Below, in pieces: positions 10,201-17,590 of a DNA stretch of 64,000 bases; position 1 is the first letter of the stretch, and each line of letters begins with the position of its first letter. Source of the stretch: Opitutia bacterium (lineage in GTDB: Bacteria; Verrucomicrobiota; Verrucomicrobiia; Opitutales; T3Sed10-336); NCBI GenBank assembly GCA_050506795.1, contig JBJHCF010000027.1, forward strand, positions 1-64,000, read 5' to 3'. Below the pieces are notes generated by a model. The model ran no database searches and was not told the DNA's origin. It worked only from the letters and a program-made list of their open reading frames with translations. Both the position numbers and the translations under genes were made by a program.

Positions 10201-11520
10201 TGGCGCAACGATCGCCCGAGCGTCATCAATCCCAACAGATAAGTTGAGTACACGTGCCTCCTTAAGCTCCACTCGCGGTCGGCCGGTTTGATCGGGCAGG
10301 CGAAGCGACTGACGGGCGTGAATGCAGATGCGCTTCCACACGTATTCTGTCAGTGAGTGTTCATCCAGATTCGGGTAAGGCTCGAGCAAGCGGAGGAAAG
10401 CCTCCGGGGCATCCACCGAATACGCGGCACAGACGTACTCCACAGCAGTCCTCGCTAGGCGATCGCAAAGCCATTCGTTGAACGGCGTGCTTGTCGGGTC
10501 GATGATCGTACGCCGGTCGGAGCTGACCAGAAAGTCGGCGTGGAGGACGAGTGGGACGGGCGATGGATGGTCGGTCGGGTAATAGACGAGCAGTTCACCG
10601 TGGTCGTCCAGCGGACACGGCAGGTCCGTCTCTTTCACAGGTGAAGCGACCAATACGTCAACCTCGCAAAGCCGACGACGGAGGTCGGCAGACATTCGCT
10701 CATTGATCGCAGGCGGAACCGGATGAGTTTCCCGCCGACACCGCCATGCCGTCGTGGAATTATCGCGCTCGTCGCTTATCCGCCACCGGTCTTCGCCGAT
10801 TCGCTCGGCCCTGAAGGCAAAGCTATCTGTGTCCGCGACAACCTCGACCGACTGGATATGCCGGAAGGTCAGCAGAAGATGGGCCGGCAAGCCTAGGAGT
10901 TTCTCAAGCGCCTTTGCCGAAACATCCTTCCCCGGCCGGAGCGGGAGAACTACAACCGTCTGGTAGGCACGGAATTCCGCGAGGACCGAATCATCCTGCT
11001 CGGCCTCGGCTCTGGAGATAGCAAAAGGAATCCACACGTCGGGGACGCCCAAATCAACCGGCAGGCTGTGTTCCAGCATCCATTGCCTCGCACGCTCTCG
11101 GCAGAACAATATTCCCTCTGCTCCACTCCAAACACGAGGACGTTCGCTCACCCCGTAGACGGCCTTGAATCCCAGGCCCTTTCGGCCAATCGTACCTTCT
11201 TTCTTCGGTGAAGAGTGCGTCCCGCTCAACGATTTCACGGCCTCGGGTGTCAGGCCCACTCCGTTGTCAGCAAAATAAACGGCCTGGTCGGTCAAGCGGA
11301 TCCGTACCTCACTTGCCCGTGCATCGTCGGCGTTTTGCAGAAGTTCGAGCGGCCATCGGCCAACGTGGTCACCGATTGTCTCGGCCGCCGCATTGACGTC
11401 ACGTTCGATCCGACTCTGATCCCCACGGTAGACGCTCGCCAGGCACCTCCGGAATTCCTCCGCTGCTTGGCTGAGGCTCCTCATCTGTTCGCTTTGGCTG
11501 GAAGTCGTCATTTCTCCCAC
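7216..11520 (-). CDS. Sacsin-like GHKL ATPase fused to a C-terminal DUF3883 (NOV-C, PD-(D/E)xK) nuclease
   Basis: N-terminal ELLQNADDA, DNGVG and IGRKGLGFKAVY; C-terminal GRWGE, PYDI, YIEVKAS and EW. Confidence 0.85.
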   Translation of the reverse strand: MGEMTTSSQSEQMRSLSQAAEEFRRCLASVYRGDQSRIERDVNAAAETIGDHVGRWPLELLQNADDARASEVRIRLTDQAVYFADNGVGLTPEAVKSLSGTHSSPKKEGTIGRKGLGFKAVYGVSERPRVWSGAEGILFCRERARQWMLEHSLPVDLGVPDVWIPFAISRAEAEQDDSVLAEFRAYQTVVVLPLRPGKDVSAKALEKLLGLPAHLLLTFRHIQSVEVVADTDSFAFRAERIGEDRWRISDERDNSTTAWRCRRETHPVPPAINERMSADLRRRLCEVDVLVASPVKETDLPCPLDDHGELLVYYPTDHPSPVPLVLHADFLVSSDRRTIIDPTSTPFNEWLCDRLARTAVEYVCAAYSVDAPEAFLRLLEPYPNLDEHSLTEYVWKRICIHARQSLRLPDQTGRPRVELKEARVLNLSVGIDDARAIVAPFDGSRLVHPDLERARDVHPVLEALGCTITSSSGFIDWMEKHLAASPSYHDWLLTCCCWLSDWVAEPGENRSGETRRRSDRVRRLALLPINGRLWSSQELGDQKATWRNEQVELLPDWLRLHLVDNWFRDQLAEVERPNVKQLREALGLVDPNAHVLLNAICRAIDRFWKDSEDEPERFLPFIVEQQLHEAVEASDTVGDCPIPVRRSGASTYAPARHTYFGSEFNNDLLARVYGDDRHIPWAIPLQNREDLGRPILEWLGVSWYPRVVEETRDEMKASEYARVSPLVNNQKILSAPCCRLERLEPSSLTPAQSAALIAILSRHWGSYYEKRRHIPVLHTPRSLVHTTEVDSRWWHDVQYNLRPPTISNPMLDDEVIRLKSTVLPNHEIDREAPYLLPAVDPEPFGRDWPQVADWLGRQACVRSDLHQIDVREWRDLLTHRARLLVPRLGVGEGKKIATKWYSSALRALKQRDEEARERLGKLPLVCACGEKVAVVDSRESRWLGDDPEILKDFGERVWHLDLPERDRPAAKQQFRLPSLREDVEVQPEWSADQVRESPDGQSELERLKPYLFAWRADKKGSSSQFREQMVRLRVKFVDDLWVRLRLKGTDHECVVNRKYYVAGNDVIVQTGYGSTAVASGVAQWLGVRGERYFIETLFRCKDNDQREQEIVSRGVLPEHIAAALETWRGQDDVPPTASHQSATPPNGAAEPTAQLGHADESHGLQGAPADGGVSLRPDSATAIERSSSGVSSQTTRHGGNGSSAGGSVATEGMASNRHEREEEPREWRLSCEPEKAGVGERREPSLRSSTVISPKEGETSAKVAGETPDSRSDRDVEESEAVQDDADPNLRRKVGRWGEEWVARVLLQQELVESHPGTVVSEEPHGFTLRRDGKDVVRVLWVNHVSEQRKPYDITIDQGGHRHYIEVKASMNRETEWFQITGPEWSCATEQGNRYLIYRVRGAGEYRPDYQVIQNPVELWRNGSLEGAPLRLRL

Positions 11521-11890
11521 TCCATTGAGTGTCTACCACTACCTTTACGCTACCGGAGACCTGCCGGGAAGCAAAGGGAAAGGGACACTTTCAAACCTTG
11601 TGCGGCACGCAGCACGTTGCACACTCTAGAAGGGCGTTTCGAGCTATTTTTCGGTGGATAGGACATGACGTATACAACATGTCGGGATGTATCGACAACC
11701 GTTGTCGCCATCTTTCACGGATTTCCTTCTTACCCTGTCGCAAGCGCTTTGACCGTTCGCCTTGTACTCGCGTGTCCGTGTTCCCTTCGTTTCCGAATCT
11801 CTAGCAAGCGGAAACACTGATATGTCTAATGCATTTCTCAAGATTCAAGGAATGACGCCTCTCCTCGCGCATTGATTAGCTTGCATTCCG

Positions 11891-14515
11891 TTATTTCTTC
11901 CAGCCTTTGCGAAGTTCGGCAAAAGCTTCTTCCTTTTTCAGGTATCGCTTGCTGTAGCCCCATTCTTTTTCGACGTCTTTAAGACGGTTCTTCAGGCGGA
12001 GGGGCGGGGCTTCGGGAACGCCGTCGATGATTTCATTTGCTTTTTCCTGCTCGTCCAACGCCTCGTGGACCCAAGCGCTGCGTAGAACGTCGGGGAGGGT
12101 GCCGAGGAGGTTGTAGATTTGCTGGTAGCGGTTGGAGAGGCGATTCCAGACCCGTTCTTCCACGGAGCCCTGATATCGAAAGGCGGCGATCAGAACGTTC
12201 GATCTAGGTTGGCCGATTCGGCGGATGCGGCCGGTCCTCTGATCCAGGCGTGTGGGCGACCAGGGTGCGTCGAGGTTGATGAGGCTTGAAAGATAGTATT
12301 GCAGGTTCAGACCCTCGGAGGCGGCGTCGGTGCCGAAGAATATGGGGAAGTCTCCGGATTTCGCCCTTTCCTTGAGTTGGGTGCGGGACTCTGTATGCCA
12401 AATGCCGTCGAGCCAAACTCCGGCTTTTCCCTCCCCGGCATAGACGGGTATCTCCCGTCCGTTCATGGTTTCCTCGCGTGAGAGCTGCTCGGCGAAATGG
12501 CTGGCTGTTTCATAGTACTGAGAAAAGACGATGCACCCGCGATCCATCCATCCTCGGTCAAAGAGGAAATCCTTCAGGTGCGAAAGCTTCGCGTCCAGGT
12601 TCAGATTGTCCTTCAGGTAGCTGATGACTTCCGCCAGCCGCTGTCTTTCAGGTTCTCCGGATTCGAGGAACTCTGTTACATCCATACCCTCATCATCGTC
12701 GTCTTCTTCGGCGGCGTCCGGTCCCAGCTCATTTCTCAGGAGGCGTTCGGACGTTCTAAGCCCGGCATAAAATGAGCTTCCGATCCGGCGCAACAGGAGG
12801 GTTTCCAGGAAGCCCATGCCGCGCTTGCGCTTTCCCAGCAAGCGACAGTATTCCTGAGCGGCTTCGTAGGCGGCATGAAGCGGTTCGGGAAGCGGAATGA
12901 TCTCGTCGAACGCATCCACCTCGATCCGGGGCAGCAATCCGGCTTTTTCGAGATCGTCGCGGGTGCGCTGGACAATGCGGCGCACATAGGGAGAATGGTC
13001 CGGCAGACGGCGAAGCTCCCGTTTGATATTGTTGTCCCGAAGCAGCCTGCCTTCGTCCGAGGGATTGATCGCGATCGCCGAGAGATTCCTCTGCCGCCGG
13101 ATGCGTTCGAACGTCTCCCCTTCGAAACTGTGGGGAAACGGATCTCCCAGCCAGGCCATCGCCTCCCGGTCGGTTTCGGGCTGATAGATCTCGCTCGCAA
13201 TTCCGATTCCGTCTTCCGCCCGGCCTCTCCACATGCTTCCCGGTGTCCCAAGGACCCATTGCGAACCTCCGTCCAGTGCTTCCAGGAGATCGAACGCCTC
13301 GATCGCATCCAGTTGCACGGGCGTCGCGGTGCCCAAAATGAAAGAGCGCGTCTGGGCGGCAATATCCCGTGCGAAGATCATGAGATTGTTGGCGACGCGG
13401 GATTTTCCTTTCGTCTGCACGCGGGCGCGGTGGGCTTCGTCAATGACGACGCAGGCGTAGCCGCCCCGCAATCCGATGAGCGTCTCACGCGCCTCACGGG
13501 AATGCACCACCAGTCCCTGGCTCAAAATACCAATCCTGCGCGGACATTCCCCGAGGCCGGACGGAACCACCTCGTCATTCTCGGTGATCCACCATTTGCG
13601 CCCGCTTTCCCAGCGGGCGGACGGCAATCCAAGCAGGTCGAGCAGCTCGAACTGCCACTGCTCGACGAGGGTCTTCGGTACAACGACGAGCACCGGCTTG
13701 TCGGAAAACAGCCCCATCAAAGCGGCGGCCAATGCCATCTGCGGGGTCTTCCCAAGCCCCACCTGATCGGCCAGCAAAAGCCGGGCACCTTCCCCAAGGG
13801 CGTGATGGCGAAAAGCCATTTCGACAAACTGCTGCTGGTAGCCTCGCAGTCCCTGGGCCTTGCGATAGAGGTCATTCGTGGTGACGACGTCATCCGCCGA
13901 CGGCTCGTTCCGCCAATCCTGGACCTTCACCGGCTTGCCGTAGGCGAGGCGTTCGACGTCACGGATAACGAAATCCGAGAGGGGAACGGCGACTTCCCAG
14001 AGGACGTCGAATTCCTTCCGCACCCATGCCACCGCTTCGGCGGCATCATCCTCCCACATCAACTCGTAATTTCCCCGCCATGCCTGACGAGTCTCATTGT
14101 TGCTGCCGAGAAAAGCCACCTGAGAACCATCGCCCCGTTCGACGATCCCGGCTTTGCCGTGGACCAGCCCGAATCGGTCATCGGGAGCCACGCGGATTTC
14201 CAGTTTACCCGATTTCAGCAACTCGAAGAGCTGCGCGAGCCGTTCACGGGTAGCCTCCTCCGCGTCCTGCCAATACCCGCCCCACTCCCGGTTCATCGCC
14301 CGCCCGCCGGTCGCCTGAAATTCCCGCTCCGTCAATTGAGAGTTGCAGACAATCCGCGCCTTCCCGGTCAACTTCCCGATGGCGTCCCCGGCGATCTCCA
14401 ACACCGAAACCGTGAAATACCCGGCAATCCTCCAATAGTTTTGAGCCCCTTCGAGCTGATCCGAAAGATAATCGTTATAGGGCTCTCCCTGGCGGCTGGA
14501 AAAACGGCGGATCAC
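11891..14515 (-). CDS. PLD-nuclease/SNF2 helicase of the restriction-like system
   Basis: MIRRFSSR start (GTG 14515 overlaps the darG stop as GTGA); HGKAGIV..GSNN, LADQVGLGKT, DEAH and QRTGRIRRIGQ. Confidence 0.9.
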   Translation of the reverse strand: MIRRFSSRQGEPYNDYLSDQLEGAQNYWRIAGYFTVSVLEIAGDAIGKLTGKARIVCNSQLTEREFQATGGRAMNREWGGYWQDAEEATRERLAQLFELLKSGKLEIRVAPDDRFGLVHGKAGIVERGDGSQVAFLGSNNETRQAWRGNYELMWEDDAAEAVAWVRKEFDVLWEVAVPLSDFVIRDVERLAYGKPVKVQDWRNEPSADDVVTTNDLYRKAQGLRGYQQQFVEMAFRHHALGEGARLLLADQVGLGKTPQMALAAALMGLFSDKPVLVVVPKTLVEQWQFELLDLLGLPSARWESGRKWWITENDEVVPSGLGECPRRIGILSQGLVVHSREARETLIGLRGGYACVVIDEAHRARVQTKGKSRVANNLMIFARDIAAQTRSFILGTATPVQLDAIEAFDLLEALDGGSQWVLGTPGSMWRGRAEDGIGIASEIYQPETDREAMAWLGDPFPHSFEGETFERIRRQRNLSAIAINPSDEGRLLRDNNIKRELRRLPDHSPYVRRIVQRTRDDLEKAGLLPRIEVDAFDEIIPLPEPLHAAYEAAQEYCRLLGKRKRGMGFLETLLLRRIGSSFYAGLRTSERLLRNELGPDAAEEDDDDEGMDVTEFLESGEPERQRLAEVISYLKDNLNLDAKLSHLKDFLFDRGWMDRGCIVFSQYYETASHFAEQLSREETMNGREIPVYAGEGKAGVWLDGIWHTESRTQLKERAKSGDFPIFFGTDAASEGLNLQYYLSSLINLDAPWSPTRLDQRTGRIRRIGQPRSNVLIAAFRYQGSVEERVWNRLSNRYQQIYNLLGTLPDVLRSAWVHEALDEQEKANEIIDGVPEAPPLRLKNRLKDVEKEWGYSKRYLKKEEAFAELRKGWKK

Positions 14516-15645
14516 GGGGTGGTTTGCGGCTCGGAGAATTCCTCGCTTTGCTTCAGTCGGAGCCAGCTCAGCATCTCCAGATTGCGAATCGTTTCTGCGA
14601 CTGAGCGGCTTTTCTGATCCGTCCTCCAGCTCTTCTTCCACTCCAGGATGGAGTCCGAAACGTCTTTTTCCGATACCTCGTCGGGATTCCTTGTTTTCTT
14701 CAATTCCCTTGCCGTATAAAGCACGGTAACGACTTCCTCCGCCTGCTCGGTATCTTTTATCCGGCTGAACAAATCAACGGTTTTGTCGATCTTCTTCTCC
14801 TGCTTCTGTAATACCGGCTGAAACATTTGACGGTTCGCTTTAAACTCCGGGCCTACCCGCAACGCCATCATTCGGCCAAGCTGCTCTTCCTGAAGCAGAT
14901 TCTTATTCGCTAGAATGCCGATGGCCTTTTTCACGTCCTCCGAAAAAGGCCCGTAACTCTCGCGCCGAAACTGGAATCCCGTATCCACTCCGAGTTCCGT
15001 AAAAATGTAGCAGAGTTTCTGAAAAACAACCCGTCCGACTGGCTTGGCATAAGGTTGTTCCTCAAGCCGGTGAATGACTTCGAGAAGCGCAAACCAGGAA
15101 GGGTTCATGCGAGACGCACTCTGTCCCGACAATGCCAGGCTTCGCTGGCGCTGCCGCTCAAGGAATTCCTTCTTCGTTTGTCCAGCCGGAGTGCCATACG
15201 GCGCGTAAACCTCAACCTCGATGGGCAGGTCACTGAGTTTTTCATACATCAACGGCCCAACTTCCTCCCATTCCAAGCCCCCGTTACCACACCCGAGGGG
15301 CGGGAAGGCAACCGAGAGAATGCCCCATTCGCGATAGCGATCCCTGAACCTGTCGAGCCCCTTTTCGATGTCTTCCAGCCTGGAACCCGAGCGCCAATGC
15401 TGCTTGGTCGGAAAGTTGATGATCGACACCCCGCTGAGGTCGGTATAGAGGTAAGGCTCCCCCAAGCGCACCTCCCCACGTTCGCATCGCGCCTTGTAAT
15501 CCTCGAACATCGCCGGATGCTCCTTTTTGAAAATCTGGGCAATCCCTTTGCCCATGATACCGACACAATTCACCGTGTTGACCAGCGTCTGGCATCGGCT
15601 TTCGAATATATTGCCTATCAATATCTTGATCATGACAGCTCGCAC
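14512..15645 (-). CDS. darG: DarG macrodomain antitoxin (DNA ADP-ribosyl glycohydrolase)
   Basis: LVNTVNCVGIMGKGIA, NFPTK and PPLGCGNGGL motifs plus a C-terminal domain; directly downstream of darT. Confidence 0.9.
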   Translation of the reverse strand: MRAVMIKILIGNIFESRCQTLVNTVNCVGIMGKGIAQIFKKEHPAMFEDYKARCERGEVRLGEPYLYTDLSGVSIINFPTKQHWRSGSRLEDIEKGLDRFRDRYREWGILSVAFPPLGCGNGGLEWEEVGPLMYEKLSDLPIEVEVYAPYGTPAGQTKKEFLERQRQRSLALSGQSASRMNPSWFALLEVIHRLEEQPYAKPVGRVVFQKLCYIFTELGVDTGFQFRRESYGPFSEDVKKAIGILANKNLLQEEQLGRMMALRVGPEFKANRQMFQPVLQKQEKKIDKTVDLFSRIKDTEQAEEVVTVLYTARELKKTRNPDEVSEKDVSDSILEWKKSWRTDQKSRSVAETIRNLEMLSWLRLKQSEEFSEPQTTP

Positions 15646-16239
15646 TTATAGTGAACAAAAGAACATTACAGGATTAACCGAAATCGGCAAGGGAAATCCA
15701 GCTCTTAGGAGAGCTTTCTCCCCATCCTCAGCCGCTACGTATGCCCCGAGGAGCCGATCGGCTGGAACACAGTGGGGAACAAGCACTTCCGCGCATTTCT
15801 TCGCCTTATGTCGCCAGTAAGCTGGCGGATTCCCAGGATGCCGCCAATCTTCCGCATAGATGGAATCCAGATCCAGGCAATCTATCCGGTCGGGCGGGAA
15901 TGGACGCATCCAATCGCTTCCGGCATTCATGTCGGTGATTACGACGCGCGGAATCGCGGTCACCCCAGTAGACACGCGCAGCACACAGAGCGAATTCGCC
16001 TCGCCCTTCCGTTTGTACATCATCGGGTTCCTGGCATCGAAATAGAGATTTGCGTACTGATGCAACTTCAAGCCTCCGGGTATTTTCTTCCTGTCCCGGC
16101 GATCCTGCATTTCCGGCATCGCAACCGATCTGTGCTTCAACCGGTCCGCCCGCTCATAGGAAAGAATTCCATGCTCAAGCACCGAGGGAATATTCCCGAT
16201 CGGCATGATGCAGTGAAATTCTCGTATGCGGGGATCCAT
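15646..16239 (-). CDS. darT: DarT DNA ADP-ribosyltransferase toxin (DUF4433)
   Basis: FH.I..I.NIPSVL..GILS, YANLYF..RNPMMY, TD.NA and the catalytic AEVLV motif. Confidence 0.88.
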   Translation of the reverse strand: MDPRIREFHCIMPIGNIPSVLEHGILSYERADRLKHRSVAMPEMQDRRDRKKIPGGLKLHQYANLYFDARNPMMYKRKGEANSLCVLRVSTGVTAIPRVVITDMNAGSDWMRPFPPDRIDCLDLDSIYAEDWRHPGNPPAYWRHKAKKCAEVLVPHCVPADRLLGAYVAAEDGEKALLRAGFPLPISVNPVMFFCSL

Positions 16240-16249
16240 GATAATATCT

Positions 16250-17563
16250 CTAACGTTCTGAATCCTTCTCCTTCGTCATTGCATTTTCAAGCCAATCCAC
16301 GTAGCAGATGGCTCGACGAATTTCATCGTTCAAAACCGAGTCGCGTTTAGCATACTTTTTTTGAAATACCCCTAGAAGAAATCGCTTAACCGAGTTTATG
16401 TTGAGTTTCGCGCGATCGAGTGTACGGATCATTCGAAGGACTTCTTTTAGTTGTTTTGTATCCGTTTCATTGGGAAATTCATTTCGCTCCAAATTTGACC
16501 GAATCTTCAGTTTTCTCAGTCCAACTTCGGACTTTTTTGATGGCATTGTCTGTGAAATGCGGGTGTCTGCATCCATTCGCTCCAGGAGTTTTGTTTTTCC
16601 AACCTGTGTTGATGGTTCGCGGGAAACGATCTTCTTCGCCTTCTCTTTTGAAATCTTCATTTGCCGGAGTAGAAAATAGAAGGGATAGTAGGCTATATTC
16701 TCGTAACAAATTTGGGTCAGATATGATTTCGGATCTGTCAACTTCTCATTCTTTAGAAAAGCGAGGATGATATCCGAACCACGGATTCCTACTTGTTTTA
16801 CAACCTTGGGGCGCTGCGCCAGATTACTTCCCCCGGAAATAATCTGAGCTTCTCCGACGAGTCGAATTGAAGGGATCCCTTCCGTTTCTCGGAATTCACC
16901 TTCCCTCAGAAAGGCGAGCTGGGGCAATAGGCTTTCGTCGATATACAAATTACCTCCTTGAGCGGATATTTTTCCTGATCGGAGGTTAAAAATACCGGCA
17001 TCCTGGATACCGATTCTCGCAATCTCTTTGAGGTGCTTAAACCACAGTAATTGTTCGGCCCGTCTCCTTTCTTCAATAAGCTCTTTTAGCTCAGAATACC
17101 GAATCGTTTGTGAGCGCGCAATGTATCGATAATATATTTCGCCTTCTTTCAGCGACTTTCCATCGTCAGTTCCTTTCTTGCAAACGACAGGCTTGTTCTG
17201 TGATTCATAGATATAAATAATTCCAAATTTCTTGCCTTTGAATTCATATATCTGACGTTCCCATTTGATTTCAGGATCAAAGTGCTCATTGAAAAAATGG
17301 CTGATCTTTTCTGGATCAATCGACTCAAATGCATCATTTGTTAGTCCTTTGAGAATATGCGGCTTGTTTTTAATACCATACACGAGGTATCCGCCGCGAT
17401 TATTTGCAAACGCAGCGGCCGAGCGGATGTATTTCCCAAAACTTTTGAGACCGAAGGATTCCTTAAACTCCAATATGGAATTCTCCCTCGAAACCACCCT
17501 GTCAGAATGTTTCGGGGAAAGCTTGAATATCTTATTCAGTGCTTCCTTGTTAAACGGATCCAT
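16250..17563 (-). CDS. Schlafen/AlbA_2-domain protein with an unrecognised C-terminus
   Basis: E.SILEFKES, AFANNRGGYLVYGI and GEIYYRY motifs; AT-rich gene. Confidence 0.82.
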   Translation of the reverse strand: MDPFNKEALNKIFKLSPKHSDRVVSRENSILEFKESFGLKSFGKYIRSAAAFANNRGGYLVYGIKNKPHILKGLTNDAFESIDPEKISHFFNEHFDPEIKWERQIYEFKGKKFGIIYIYESQNKPVVCKKGTDDGKSLKEGEIYYRYIARSQTIRYSELKELIEERRRAEQLLWFKHLKEIARIGIQDAGIFNLRSGKISAQGGNLYIDESLLPQLAFLREGEFRETEGIPSIRLVGEAQIISGGSNLAQRPKVVKQVGIRGSDIILAFLKNEKLTDPKSYLTQICYENIAYYPFYFLLRQMKISKEKAKKIVSREPSTQVGKTKLLERMDADTRISQTMPSKKSEVGLRKLKIRSNLERNEFPNETDTKQLKEVLRMIRTLDRAKLNINSVKRFLLGVFQKKYAKRDSVLNDEIRRAICYVDWLENAMTKEKDSER

Positions 17564-17590
17564 TGTGGAGGAATGCCAAGGGTTTATTGT

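Noticed and set aside
12875..14617. Long antisense ORFs (also 49853-51583, 53830-55035, 7867-9015, 25550-26653)
   Set aside because: Shadows of GC-rich genes with clear motifs on the opposite strand.
14516..14641. N-terminal extension of the helicase in the ORF track
   Set aside because: Lies inside darG; the GTGA overlap at 14515 gives a better start.
16232..17563. Shared ATGGATCC at the starts of darT and the Schlafen gene as an insertion duplication
   Set aside because: Only 8 bp including the ATG; could be chance.
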